Positions 1-9,724 of a stretch of 64,000 bases of DNA are shown here, piece after piece. Location of the stretch: NCBI GenBank assembly GCA_965216635.1, contig OZ244188.1:2240001-2304000 (forward strand), in the 5' to 3' direction. Source of the stretch: a bacterium. Lineage in GTDB: Bacteria; SAR324; XYD2-FULL-50-16; G965216635. The notes beneath the pieces were generated by a model, which was given only the letters and a program-made list of their open reading frames with translations, made no database searches and was not told the DNA's origin. The stretch's first letter is position 1, and every line of letters begins with the position of its first letter. Made by a program: the position numbers and the translations under genes.

Positions 1-557
1 GTAGAAGATATATCTTCTAAAAGCAATCCATCAAAGGCTTTTTTGCACTCGTCGTCTGCAATAGGACTCGTAAAAGAACCCGTAAAGGCTCCTGAGAATG
101 GAATTTCTTCTCCGTTTAAGCGAAAACGAATAGCGAAGGTTTGATTGGCATCAAGAATTATATAGTCTGTGGCATCGCTGTGGTCTGCTGCCATGTATAA
201 TATTTCAGTACGGGTCTCAGTGCCTTCACAAATATCTACTGCGAGCTCTTCTCTTTGTTTTATGGGGATTTCTCCTAAGTCAATATCCGCATGCTTCAAA
301 TCGGCAGTCAAATCACCCACCGTAACTTTCCCTCCTGTGCTTACTACGGTTGTTTTGGTTTCTATCTTGTTCGCCCCAAAAATCAGAGGATTAACTCCTA
401 CAAACCAACCCTTTTGGGATGCTATCTCTGGAGCCTCCTGTGCCCGCAGACTGCCTACTCCCTGCATAAAAAAGAAAAATGCCGCTATAAATATTATAAG
501 AGGCAAAACAACCATCTTCAACCAAGGTACGCTCAATCTCATATTTAATTTTTTCAT
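1..557 (-). CDS. Variable outer-membrane beta-barrel family protein, 5' part (runs off left edge)
   Basis: Not in the ORF track. Read by hand from ATG at 557: MKKLNMRLSVPWLKMVVLPLIIFIAAFFFFMQGVGSLRAQEAPEIASQKGWFVGVNPLIFGANKIETKTT..DICEG..DECKK, open to base 1. Same LxAQ / QxG(W/F)xxG / two-Cys pattern as the genes at 10649-13151 and 47336-50857. Confidence 0.8.
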   Translation of the reverse strand, partial: MKKLNMRLSVPWLKMVVLPLIIFIAAFFFFMQGVGSLRAQEAPEIASQKGWFVGVNPLIFGANKIETKTTVVSTGGKVTVGDLTADLKHADIDLGEIPIKQREELAVDICEGTETRTEILYMAADHSDATDYIILDANQTFAIRFRLNGEEIPFSGAFTGSFTSPIADDECKKAFDGLLLEDISS

Positions 558-596
558 TATAGATTTTAGTTAAAATGTATGCCTTGCGGCTAAAAA

Positions 597-701
597 AGGT
601 TCAAAACAAACCCTATTAGGTTCAAAACAAACCCTATTAGGTTCAAAACAAACCCTATTAGGTTCAAAACAAACCCTATTAGGTTCAAAACAAACCCTAT
701 T
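597..701. repeat. Perfect tandem repeat, 21 bp x5 (AGGTTCAAAACAAACCCTATT)
   Basis: Five identical units starting 597, 618, 639, 660, 681; 40 bp upstream of the ATG at 557. Confidence 0.97.
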
Positions 702-707
702 AAGATA

Positions 708-734
708 ACTATAGCAAAAAACAAAATAAATCAA
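708..734 (-). promoter_or_regulatory. Possible extended -10 promoter for the gene at 557
   Basis: Minus strand TTGATT-N15-TATAGT with TG.TATAGT extended -10; spacing is short. Confidence 0.4.
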
Positions 735-776
735 TCTTTTTTTTTGCTGTCTAGCTGTTTTTTCTTTGCTGTCTGA

Positions 777-897
777 CTATTTTTGCTTTGCACCTTTTCC
801 CATTTGGCTAGCTATTTTTACTTTGCACCTTTTTTCATTTGGCTAGCTATTTTTGCTTTGCACCTTTTTTCCCATTTGGCTAGCTATTTTTACTTTG
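777..897. repeat. Imperfect tandem repeat, about 35 bp x3.4
   Basis: CTATTTTT(G/A)CTTTGCACCTTTT..CATTTGGCTAG at 777, 812, 847, partial at 884; resembles an internal segment of the MITE-like family. Confidence 0.85.
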
Positions 898-1016
898 ATG
901 GCAGTTTTTTCTTTACTGTCTGACTTTATCTAAAATATTAGAGTTTATTCTTTTGAGATTACTTTTTTAGATAAAAATTCGCAAAAACATCTAAAAATAA
1001 GATAAATTAAAAATGA

Positions 1017-1300
1017 TAGACCTTTGAATTTGCCGAATAGGACAAAACCAGCTGTGACGGCTAGCCAAATGGTTAGAACAGGTGCAAAAAAAATTTTTGG
1101 GTCGCAGGAATATCGTAGTGCCACAATAACGGGAGCAGGCACTACAAAACTTGCATAACTTCCAAAAAGAAATGTAAAAGAGCCAGTGGCTCTTTTACTA
1201 TAACCCTTATGAAATAGATAGCAGTAAGAGAGTATTTCAAGGGACAAAATTTTTTTTTAAACTCTGCATAGGCTAAACAGAATGCAAATTCAAATGTTTA
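1017..1300. mobile_element. MITE-like element (family A, long form)
   Basis: Ends TAGACCTTTGAATTTGC ... GCAAATTCAAATGTTTA; 1017-1150 is near-identical in reverse to 5960-6089; internal hairpin 1174-1198. Confidence 0.75.
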
Positions 1301-1308
1301 TATTATTT

Positions 1309-1983
1309 TCATAAGTTCCAAGTTGTAATAGTATTATCGGCTTTTAGAAAATTTTTTGTTTGCTCTGGAAAAAATTTTTCCATTTTTATCCCCACAGTAT
1401 AAACTCCCGCTAATTTGCCTGCCAAAATATCCAAATCTGCGTTGCCATAAAAAATCGTTTTTTCTGCTGCAAAGCCTGTTTTTTGGAGCATTTTTAAAAT
1501 CATTGCAGGGAATGGTTTTTTTTCTTCTCTGGCAAAGGAGGAGGATATGTGAATATTTTGTGAAGGGAAAAATTTTTTTAATTTCGTTTTTTCTAATTTT
1601 TTGAGTTGTGTTTCTTTATCGCCATTACTGATAATACCACATTGGTTTGTTTTTATTTTTTCTAAATAATCTAAGACGTAAGGAAAAAGTTCTAAATTTT
1701 CCCAAAACAGTCGCCAAAAAGAAATACTCATTTGTCCTAATGGAGCAGAAAATTTTAGAGCATAAAACTTTCCCATAAATTCAAATATTTTTTTTGGATT
1801 ACTGGAACCAAAGTGTCTACAGAAGCGATAAATTTGATTGAAGTTTGGAATTTTTTGCGTTTTGGATAGATTTTGCTTGAAAACTTCTGAGTAAGCCTTA
1901 AGATAACTTTGGCAAGTGTTAATAAGGGTATCGTCTAAATCAAAAAGTTGTAATGGAAATTCTTTAATATTTTTTGCGAACAT
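1309..1983 (-). CDS. HAD-superfamily hydrolase
   Basis: Motif I FDLDDTL, motif II ISNG, KP motif, GNxxxD motif IV. Confidence 0.85.
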   Translation of the reverse strand: MFAKNIKEFPLQLFDLDDTLINTCQSYLKAYSEVFKQNLSKTQKIPNFNQIYRFCRHFGSSNPKKIFEFMGKFYALKFSAPLGQMSISFWRLFWENLELFPYVLDYLEKIKTNQCGIISNGDKETQLKKLEKTKLKKFFPSQNIHISSSFAREEKKPFPAMILKMLQKTGFAAEKTIFYGNADLDILAGKLAGVYTVGIKMEKFFPEQTKNFLKADNTITTWNL

Positions 1984-1986
1984 TTT

Positions 1987-3804
1987 TTATTGTACTGTCA
2001 CAGATTTTGCCAGATTGCGAGGTTTATCAATATTGCGTTTAAGATACAAAGCAGAATAATAAGAAAAAAGTTGTGCTATTACAAGCTCATAAAAAGGAAC
2101 AAAATCTTTCATCATCGCAGGAATATAAAAGGCATAATCCATCAATTTTTCAATAGAATTTCCTTGTTCTACAAACCCCATTGATAAGCCATTTCTTGCT
2201 TTGACTTCTTCTAGTGCGATTAAACTGGATTCGTAGACTTCCTTTTGCGCTTTAGGAGGCATAAAAAATAAGGAGCAAACACTGGAATCTACCATAGCAA
2301 GAGTTCCGTGCTTCAAAAAACCTGCTGACATTCCTTCGGCGTGTAGGTAGGTCACTTCTTTCATTTTTAAGGCAGATTCCATAGCGATGGGATAGTAGAC
2401 ATCTCTTCCTAAAAATAGCCAATTTGATATTTTTGCAGTAATAGAAGCCAGATGGCGAACCATACCTGATTGCTCGTTTAATTCTTTACTTATAAGCGAA
2501 CTAAAATCTTGCATTCCTTTTTCTAATTCTACAACTTGTTTGCTAGTTAGTTTGCCATTTTTTTTACCTACATAAAAAGCTAATCTCATCAAAATCATAA
2601 TTTGTGAGAGAGCGGCTTTGGTAGAAACCACAGAAATTTCGGGACCTGAAAGTTGATAAATACAATCATCTACAGTTCTGCTAATAGAAGAGCCTTGCAC
2701 ATTGATAATACCAGAGGTTTCCATTCCGTATTTTTTTGCGGTTTTTAAGGCTTCTCTGGTATCGTAAGTCTCTCCGCTCTGTGATAGATAAAGGGCGTGG
2801 TAGGATTTTTTTACATTCAAAAGACTATTAAACTCATCGGAAGAAATAGCGGGCACATAGATACCAGCGTATTTAGAAAAAAGATAGCTACCCACCATAG
2901 AGACATAGTAGGTGGTGCCTACTCCCACAAAAAAAGATTGCTCGTATTCCAAAAATTTAGAGGCTACTTTTTCTGAGACATCTTTATCTATATTGAAACT
3001 ATTATTAATTGTTTGTGGTTGTTCGAAAATTTCCTTTAACATAAAATGTCTAAAACCTCCTTTTTGAAGATTTTCTACAGACCAGGAAATGGGTTGCACT
3101 TCTTTGGTTAGTTTTTCTTGGGTAGCTACTTTCTTGATTTCTACTTTTTCTTTGCTTAAAATTGCATACTCGCAGTCTTCTAGATAAAGGGCTTTACGGG
3201 ATTCGGATATAAAGGCATTAGCATCGGATGCAACAAAATTTTTTTTATCTCCTAATCCTATAATTAAAGGAGAATTTTTTTTGACAGCGTAAAGTTTTTG
3301 AGGTTCATAAGTAGAAAATAAAACTATTGCAAAGGAGCCTTCCAATTTTTTGATAGCTGCTATAAACGCATTTTCTAAAGAGGAATTTTCTTGATAGAGT
3401 TCTTGCACTAAATTAACTATTACTTCTGTGTCTGTATTGGAGTGAAAGGTATATTTTTTTTTTTGGAGTTTTTCACGCAGGCTTGCATAGTTGCCGATAA
3501 TACCGTTATGAACGATAGCAAATTTACCATCATTAGAAAAATGAGGATGGGCGTTTTTTTGGGTGACTCCGCCGTGGGTAGCCCAACGAGTGTGAGCAAT
3601 TCCGATGTTTCCTTGTAATTGACTAAATTTTTCCTTTTGGTTGACTTGTTTGACTTCGCCTACATTTTTTTTGAGTTCTAAACGTTTACCATCAAAAACA
3701 GTGATGCCGCAAGAATCATATCCTCTGTACTCTAGAGCCAATAAACCCCTATAAAGACTTAAAGAGACATCTCTGTTGCTAGCTATCGCACAAATACCGC
3801 ACAT
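1987..3804 (-). CDS. glmS: Glutamine--fructose-6-phosphate aminotransferase
   Basis: N-terminal MCGI, LEYRGYDS, AHTRWATHG, HNGII, SQSGET, C-terminal DKPRNLAKSVTV. Confidence 0.97.
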   Translation of the reverse strand: MCGICAIASNRDVSLSLYRGLLALEYRGYDSCGITVFDGKRLELKKNVGEVKQVNQKEKFSQLQGNIGIAHTRWATHGGVTQKNAHPHFSNDGKFAIVHNGIIGNYASLREKLQKKKYTFHSNTDTEVIVNLVQELYQENSSLENAFIAAIKKLEGSFAIVLFSTYEPQKLYAVKKNSPLIIGLGDKKNFVASDANAFISESRKALYLEDCEYAILSKEKVEIKKVATQEKLTKEVQPISWSVENLQKGGFRHFMLKEIFEQPQTINNSFNIDKDVSEKVASKFLEYEQSFFVGVGTTYYVSMVGSYLFSKYAGIYVPAISSDEFNSLLNVKKSYHALYLSQSGETYDTREALKTAKKYGMETSGIINVQGSSISRTVDDCIYQLSGPEISVVSTKAALSQIMILMRLAFYVGKKNGKLTSKQVVELEKGMQDFSSLISKELNEQSGMVRHLASITAKISNWLFLGRDVYYPIAMESALKMKEVTYLHAEGMSAGFLKHGTLAMVDSSVCSLFFMPPKAQKEVYESSLIALEEVKARNGLSMGFVEQGNSIEKLMDYAFYIPAMMKDFVPFYELVIAQLFSYYSALYLKRNIDKPRNLAKSVTVQ

Positions 3805-5009
3805 TAGTTTTTAAGAGAAATATTACTAGGTATTGTTTTTTTATTTTTCACAACTAACCCTCCTTCCATAGAATGATTGCTACCTATGTGAGCACCATCT
3901 CCTACAAAAACTCCAATTTTTTTGCGTCCTGTATCTATTTTTTTGCCTTTGGAGTTTTTAACAAAAATACTTTTATCTTCATAATCGTAGTTGATAGTTG
4001 TGCAGTAGTTTCCCATTTGGACATTTTTACCAATTACAGAATCTCCAATAAAAGAAAGTCTACCTATAAGAACATTAGAAAAAAGTATAGAATATTTAAT
4101 CTCTGTTCCGAATCCTATAAGACAATCATTTGCAATGGAGGTGTAGTTTCTAATTAAACAGTTGTTGCCTATAAAAGTATTATCACCTATATAACAGGGT
4201 CCTTGTATGGTGCAGCCTGAGCTAATAACACAATTTTCACCAAATCTTACAATTCCTATGATGCTTACATTATCTTTGATTTTTGTAGATGCGGGTATTA
4301 TAGAATGATTCCAAGATTTCATAACAAGGCGATTAGCATCCATAATATGCCAAGGATAAGAAATATCAATCCAATCTTCTTCGGATAGGTTCGCGTACAA
4401 TTTACCTTCCTTAATAAGCCTTTGAAATAAGACACCAATATTTTCTTTTTCTTGTTTGAGTATTTCAAAGGTATCTTTTTGTAAAAGATACATTCCAGAA
4501 AGAATATAATTAGAAAGTAGTTTTTTTCTAGTGTGGTTTTCTGTGATTTTTGTAATCTGCATATTATGGTTGAGATAAACATTCCCAAAAGAGCCTTTAG
4601 AAAAAGGATGCGTAATAGAAGCAATAGAGTAAGAAGAATTTTCTTCTAAAAAAGGCTTAAAAGAGAGTACATGCTTATTGGTTGTTAAAATATCTCCGTA
4701 GACTAATAAAAATTTTTCTCCTGCAATGTATTTTTCCGCACTCAAAAGAGCATTGCCGATACCCTTGCCTTTTTGAATTGCATAGTACAATTCTACTCCA
4801 AATTTCTGCCCGTATTCAAAATAATCCTGTATTAAATTTTTCTGATAGCCAACAACAATACAAATATTGGTTATGGAAAGTGTTTTGAGTTGCTGAATCA
4901 ATCTACTAAGCAGAAAATTCCCAGAACAGGGAATCATAGATTTTGTACGAGTTTCAGAAAAAGGAAAGAAATTTTCGTTTTTATTTGCGGTTAAAATGAC
5001 AGCTTTCAT
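3804..5009 (-). CDS. Archaeal-type GlmU-like sugar-1-phosphate nucleotidyltransferase/acetyltransferase
   Basis: Likely start MKAVIL at 5009; LVYGD, WIDISYPW, C-terminal hexapeptide repeats, LSFIGDSVIG, DTGRKKIG; stop overlaps glmS start. Confidence 0.8.
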   Translation of the reverse strand: MKAVILTANKNENFFPFSETRTKSMIPCSGNFLLSRLIQQLKTLSITNICIVVGYQKNLIQDYFEYGQKFGVELYYAIQKGKGIGNALLSAEKYIAGEKFLLVYGDILTTNKHVLSFKPFLEENSSYSIASITHPFSKGSFGNVYLNHNMQITKITENHTRKKLLSNYILSGMYLLQKDTFEILKQEKENIGVLFQRLIKEGKLYANLSEEDWIDISYPWHIMDANRLVMKSWNHSIIPASTKIKDNVSIIGIVRFGENCVISSGCTIQGPCYIGDNTFIGNNCLIRNYTSIANDCLIGFGTEIKYSILFSNVLIGRLSFIGDSVIGKNVQMGNYCTTINYDYEDKSIFVKNSKGKKIDTGRKKIGVFVGDGAHIGSNHSMEGGLVVKNKKTIPSNISLKN

Positions 5010-5143
5010 TATTTTTTGATCATTTTGAATTTTTCTTAGTATAATCAAAAAAATCAAGAGTGTCAATTTTTTTAAAAAGTAGTTAAATTTTCTTTTAAAG
5101 ACAAATTCATTGACAAATATAAAATTTTTTCTTACAAGTAACC

Positions 5144-5187
5144 GAGAACTTTGTATTGGCGTTTTGTTTAGCTAATTCAAAGGTCTC
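5144..5187. mobile_element. Short degenerate family A MITE-like element
   Basis: GAGAACTTTGTATTGGC ... GCTAATTCAAAGGTCTC imperfect terminal inverted repeats. Confidence 0.55.
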
Positions 5188-5209
5188 TATAATTATTTAA
5201 AAAACAAAA

Positions 5210-5821
5210 ATGGATAAAACAATCAAAGTAACAGTTTTTCGTTGGGCTGGTTCTTGGGGACCTTTCAGTGTTAAAATTCCTTGCGGAGAATGCTCGCTTA
5301 CTAAGGATGTGATTTTAGATACTTTTGAAAAAGAGTTAAAAAGTATCCCTGTTGAATTGGAGCTACACGACTGGCTCAGCGAATGGTGGAAACCTCTTAA
5401 AAAATTCGGTTGGCACGCTCCGATTGTGATGGTAGAGAACAAAATGATTAGTCAAGGAGCAGCTTTAAATAGAGGTGTTTTGACACAGGCTGTAATCCAA
5501 GCCTATACCACTCACAGCGAAGTGGAGGGCAACCATGTCTTTGGTAAAGAAACCTGCCCGCACTGTAAGCGAGCAAAGAATTATCTCAAAGAAGCAAGTA
5601 TTGACTATAATTACAAAGATGTTGTGCACGAACCAGTTGCAATGTATGAGATGCTATCCAGAGTAAAACCTATCGTAGGTCCTAAAACTCCGATTACTGT
5701 GCCACAAATTTGGATTGATGGAAAATATGTTGGGGGAGCGGACGCCTTAAGCAAAATTATTCACAAACCAGTAGAACCTAACCCCGACAGAGGTCAGTGC
5801 TCTATGTCTCCTTCAAGATAA
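5210..5821 (+). CDS. Two-domain thioredoxin-like/glutaredoxin protein
   Basis: CGEC in N-domain; CPHC, TVPQIWIDG, VGG glutaredoxin motifs. Confidence 0.85.
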   Translation: MDKTIKVTVFRWAGSWGPFSVKIPCGECSLTKDVILDTFEKELKSIPVELELHDWLSEWWKPLKKFGWHAPIVMVENKMISQGAALNRGVLTQAVIQAYTTHSEVEGNHVFGKETCPHCKRAKNYLKEASIDYNYKDVVHEPVAMYEMLSRVKPIVGPKTPITVPQIWIDGKYVGGADALSKIIHKPVEPNPDRGQCSMSPSR

Positions 5822-5824
5822 ATT

Positions 5825-6089
5825 GAGACTTTTGAATTTGCTTATCTAGTTTAGCCAAAACAAGCTTATTGCTTGGCGCTTTTTATGGGCTACTTATGGG
5901 CTATAGAAAAAGTGCCTTTTGGCACTTTTTCATTCCATTTGTATAAACAATGCTAAGTTTGTAGTGCCCTGATCTTATTATTGTGGCACTACGATATTCC
6001 TGCGACCCAAAATTTTTTTTGCACCTGTTCTGACCATTTGGCTAGCCGTCACAGCTGGTTTTGTCCTATTTGGCAAATTCAAATGTCTA
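5825..6089. mobile_element. MITE-like element (family A, long form)
   Basis: GAGACTTTTGAATTTGC ... GCAAATTCAAATGTCTA; internal hairpin 5906-5931; lies between convergent genes. Confidence 0.75.
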
Positions 6090-6121
6090 TATAAATAAGA
6101 AAAAGAGCCATCCCACAATTT

Positions 6122-6892
6122 TTACCAAGTCCAGCCCAGTGTGAGACCTCTTGTATCTCCTCCATATTTTTCAGGTGAAGACCTGCGAAGGTAGTAGCCT
6201 ATACTAAAGCCAGCCCGAGTTACATATTTTATGCCTCCTTCTGTATAACCTCCAGATTCTTTTTTTCCACAGAAATCTACTCTGGTCACACCATTATCTC
6301 TACTTTCAATTTCATATTTATTGCACGCCTCAATAGTAACAGCACCTGCTCCTACAAAAAGGTCTAGACCTTTTTTACTTCGCCCTTTTTTAAAGTGAAA
6401 TCTGCCGCCCCAAGATAGCTCTAAAGTAGTAAAATTCAAAGATAGCGCACTATTAGAATCAGGATGTTCAAAACTAGAAGCTAAAGAACCAAATGCAATA
6501 CTAATTCGGGGTGTAAGATAAAGATCAAACAAAAGAGCACTAGCAGGGTGCCTATCACAATATCCTTCAACATAAACTTCGGGTCCTCTCTCTTTACAAA
6601 GACCATCAATTTCTAGAACTTCCTTACTACCAAACAGAAAATCTACAGAAAAATCAGGTTTGTTCACCGATGCTGTATTATTCTCAGATCCTCCTCTGCT
6701 AGTATTTCTATTGAACTTCACTTTACAAATCTTTTCAGCTTGGTCTATAGCTTTCTTATCGTCCGCTCCATCCGATTTTGCTCTCAGTCGCTCTAAGTTT
6801 ACACAATTAGAGAAGTCATCCGCAAAAAGAGTTATTCCTTGCAGCATAAATATAAATGCCCCAAACAATAAGACACATATTAGTTTTTTCAT
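6122..6892 (-). CDS. Exported probable outer-membrane beta-barrel protein
   Basis: Signal peptide, amphipathic strands (LFVGAG, GGIKYV, FSIGYY), terminal GWTW, paired cysteines. Confidence 0.65.
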   Translation of the reverse strand: MKKLICVLLFGAFIFMLQGITLFADDFSNCVNLERLRAKSDGADDKKAIDQAEKICKVKFNRNTSRGGSENNTASVNKPDFSVDFLFGSKEVLEIDGLCKERGPEVYVEGYCDRHPASALLFDLYLTPRISIAFGSLASSFEHPDSNSALSLNFTTLELSWGGRFHFKKGRSKKGLDLFVGAGAVTIEACNKYEIESRDNGVTRVDFCGKKESGGYTEGGIKYVTRAGFSIGYYLRRSSPEKYGGDTRGLTLGWTW

Positions 6893-6978
6893 AGTTATTT
6901 TAGTTAATAGATTAATTTAATTAGATATTTTAGATATTGAATAATACAACAATCTAAAATTAGATCTAATCATTGGCA

Positions 6979-7007
6979 ATGATACACCTTTTTTCCAAAA
7001 AAGTCAA
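6979..7007 (-). promoter_or_regulatory. sigma70-like promoter for 6122-6892
   Basis: TTGACT-N17-TATCAT on the minus strand. Confidence 0.65.
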
Positions 7008-7452
7008 CCTTTTTTTTCAAAAATCAGGTTAAACAGTCCAATACATTCCTGAATACACCTTTTTTCCAAAAGAGTCAACCTTTTTTTTCAAAAATCAGGT
7101 TAAACAGTCCAATACATTCCTGAATAAACCCTTATTCCAAAAAAGTCAACCTTTTTTTTCAAAAATCAGGTTAAACAGTCCAATACATTCCCGAGTACAC
7201 CTTTTTTCCAAAAGAGTCAACCTTTTTTTTCAAAAATCAGGTTAAACAGTCCGATACATTCCCGAGTACACCTTTTTTCCAAAAGAGTCAACCTTTTTTT
7301 TCAAAAATCAGGTTAAACAGTCCAATACATTCCCGAGTACACCTTTTTTCCAAAAGAGTCAACCTTTTTTTTCAAAAATCAGGTTAAACAGTCCAATACA
7401 TTCCTGAATAAACCCTTATTCCAAAAAAGTCAACCTTTTTTTTCAAAAATCA
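6984..7452. repeat. Tandem repeat, 71 bp x about 6.6
   Basis: Unit ACACCTTTTTTCCAAAA(A/G)AGTCAACCTTTTTTTTCAAAAATCAGGTTAAACAGTCCAATACATTCC(C/T)GA(G/A)T; no unique spacers. Confidence 0.95.
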
Positions 7453-7516
7453 CACACATAACTTCTTTTATCTGTTCTCTACTCGTTTTAAAAAATGGTT
7501 TTTCTTTTTTAAGTTT

Positions 7517-8137
7517 TTATTTCCAAGAAACTTTTGCTTCACAAAAATACTTACGCCTTGTATTTTCAATTTTATTTATTTCGTCTTGGTAATGTTTCAA
7601 TGCTTGATTGCATAGTTCAACCATCCAATTCTTTCTTGTATTTTTTTCTATTCTAATAGAATTTGCGTTTGCTATTTGAATTTGTCCCCAACCAAGAGCA
7701 CCGATTCTCAAACATTCCCAAGCATAAAACTCTATCGGGTTGTAAGTTACATTTTTAATTTTTATTCCGCTGTCAGTAGTGTTATAATCTACTTTTAATA
7801 TCATAAAATGATTTAGACTGCTTTCTTCATAAAATTTACTTAACCTTTTTATCGAAATTAAATTAGGCATATTAAAAGAGCTGTCGTTCAGTCTGTGTGT
7901 TTTTATGTCTATGGCATAATAATTATTTTTCTTATCACGGTAGGATATATCTGCCATTGATTTTCTATTAACAGAAATAGTATATTCTTCTGTAATAACA
8001 AGGGTTTTAAAATTATCTGCTATTAATTTCTCAACAAAACTTCCTATTGCTCTAGGCTCTTTATCCTCTAGAACATGTGGTTGAGAATTGAAATGCTTCC
8101 CAAGTGTGTCTTCTATGTGTTTATATATACAGTCCAT
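7517..8137 (-). CDS. Putative type II restriction endonuclease
   Basis: PD-(D/E)xK-like ADISY..AIDIKT; downstream of and co-oriented with a DNA methyltransferase. Confidence 0.65.
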   Translation of the reverse strand: MDCIYKHIEDTLGKHFNSQPHVLEDKEPRAIGSFVEKLIADNFKTLVITEEYTISVNRKSMADISYRDKKNNYYAIDIKTHRLNDSSFNMPNLISIKRLSKFYEESSLNHFMILKVDYNTTDSGIKIKNVTYNPIEFYAWECLRIGALGWGQIQIANANSIRIEKNTRKNWMVELCNQALKHYQDEINKIENTRRKYFCEAKVSWK

Positions 8138-8149
8138 TTATTTCCCGAA

Positions 8150-8333
8150 TATACTTTTTTTCCAAAAGAGGCAACCTTTTTTTTCAAAAATCAGGTTAAA
8201 CAGTCCAATACATTCCCGAGTACACCTTTTTTCCAAAAAAGTCAACCTTTTTTTTCAAAAATCAGACACATAACTTCTTTTATCTGTTCTCTACTCGTTT
8301 TAAAAAATGGTTTTTCTTTTTTGATAAGTTTTT
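8150..8333. repeat. Direct repeat of the 7340-7518 region
   Basis: About 1.6 copies of the 71-bp unit plus the same tail ACACATAACTTCTTTTATCTGTTCTCTACTCGTTTTAAAAAATGG. Confidence 0.9.
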
Positions 8334-8369
8334 TCATTGCTTTATTTTTCTTTTTTGATTCCAGTATTC

Positions 8370-9254
8370 TCAATACAGTCCATTTCTTTCCCAAAAAATA
8401 TTTTCTTTATATCCTTGTATAGTAGTATTTTCATCAGCCATTTTTAACCTTTTTAGAGCTAATCGGCAATAATTAGCATCAATTTCAATACCAATATATT
8501 TTCTACCTAATTTTTTTGATACTACGGCAGTTGTTCCGCTACCTAAAAATGGGTCAAACACCACCTCATCTTTATTTGAACTCGCTAAAATTATTTTTGC
8601 TATTAGTTTTTCTGGTTTTTGGGTGGGATGCTCTGTATTTTCAGACATAGACCAAAAAGGAATAGTAATATCTTTCCATAAATTAGAAGGGTAAGTGTCT
8701 CTATATTTGAGATTTCCATTATATTTCCAATCTTTAGGTTTACCGTTTTCTTTGTAAGGAGCAATAACTTTTTTTCTTAATTTTACTTCGTCTACATTAA
8801 AAATATAATTATTTGTGCGAACACAAAACCAAATATCTTCAGAGCAATTTTTCCAATTAGTCTTTGAACCACGACCCTTTTCTCTCTCAAAAGTTATTCT
8901 ATTTTTTATCATAAAATATTTACTCAATACTTCGTATAAAGCAGAAGAACTTCTCCAATCGCCAAAGACATAGATAGAGGCATTTTTTTTTAATTTAGGT
9001 AAAACAATTTTCATCCATTCTTCTGTATATTCTTTATAAGAAGTAATAGACATTTTTTTAAATTTCAAAGAATTGAATGTTTTATCTATATTGTAAGGTG
9101 GGTCTGCAATCAAAAGGTCTACGGATTGATTCGGTATCAAACTAATTTTACTAAAAACATCTCCACAAATAATATTTGAATCGGAAGGTAATTTTTCTGA
9201 AGTAGTGCCCAAAGATGGTGATATTCTAATTGTTTTGTTCCTTTGTGATTTCAC
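8370..9254 (-). CDS. Site-specific amino-DNA methyltransferase (N6A/N4C, beta class)
   Basis: IADPPYN before HPTQKP and DPFLGSGTT; GTG start. Confidence 0.92.
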   Translation of the reverse strand: MKSQRNKTIRISPSLGTTSEKLPSDSNIICGDVFSKISLIPNQSVDLLIADPPYNIDKTFNSLKFKKMSITSYKEYTEEWMKIVLPKLKKNASIYVFGDWRSSSALYEVLSKYFMIKNRITFEREKGRGSKTNWKNCSEDIWFCVRTNNYIFNVDEVKLRKKVIAPYKENGKPKDWKYNGNLKYRDTYPSNLWKDITIPFWSMSENTEHPTQKPEKLIAKIILASSNKDEVVFDPFLGSGTTAVVSKKLGRKYIGIEIDANYCRLALKRLKMADENTTIQGYKENIFWERNGLY

Positions 9255-9325
9255 TATCTTATCAATTTATTATGAGGGCTATAATAGTTCCATTTTTTTA
9301 GAATATATCTCAAATAAACTTGGCA

Positions 9326-9724
9326 CTAAAGATCTCCAGAAGGTTGTTGGTATTTTTGGATATAAGACTTAAGTTCTGAGTTCGGATCCCCTACAACTGT
9401 TTTTAAGTCTTTACAAAAATCATTTTGCAAGACAGCCCTTATTTGACTTAAAATAATGCTTTTTCTATGTCTGATAAAATTGACATAAGAGCCATCTTCC
9501 ATAATCAGAACTAAAGTATTATTTTGCCAACGTTGAGGAAGGATTTTTTTTGCTATTTTTTCACCAAGCACAAGCTCCCAATGTTGGCAAAGTTGCTGAA
9601 AATAGTATATTTGGGCGGAATTGTCTCGTTTTAAGAATTTTGTCAACACAGAATCTAATCTGTTCCAATATCTGTTTTCTTCGCTGTTGTTGGCTTTGAA
9701 AAAGTCACTATCTGCCCTATTCAT
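9326..9724 (-). CDS. DUF721/DciA-like protein
   Basis: Size and pattern LCQHWELVLGEKIA..LVL..K..IL..I. Confidence 0.6.
   Translation of the reverse strand: MNRADSDFFKANNSEENRYWNRLDSVLTKFLKRDNSAQIYYFQQLCQHWELVLGEKIAKKILPQRWQNNTLVLIMEDGSYVNFIRHRKSIILSQIRAVLQNDFCKDLKTVVGDPNSELKSYIQKYQQPSGDL

Noticed and set aside
169..573. Plus-strand ORFs of 134 and 85 aa
   Set aside because: Shadows of the minus-strand barrel gene starting at 557
945..1247. 100-aa ORF as a possible transposase
   Set aside because: Lies in the MITE-like element and has no transposase motif
6984..7452. 71-bp array as a CRISPR array
   Set aside because: Units are contiguous with no unique spacers
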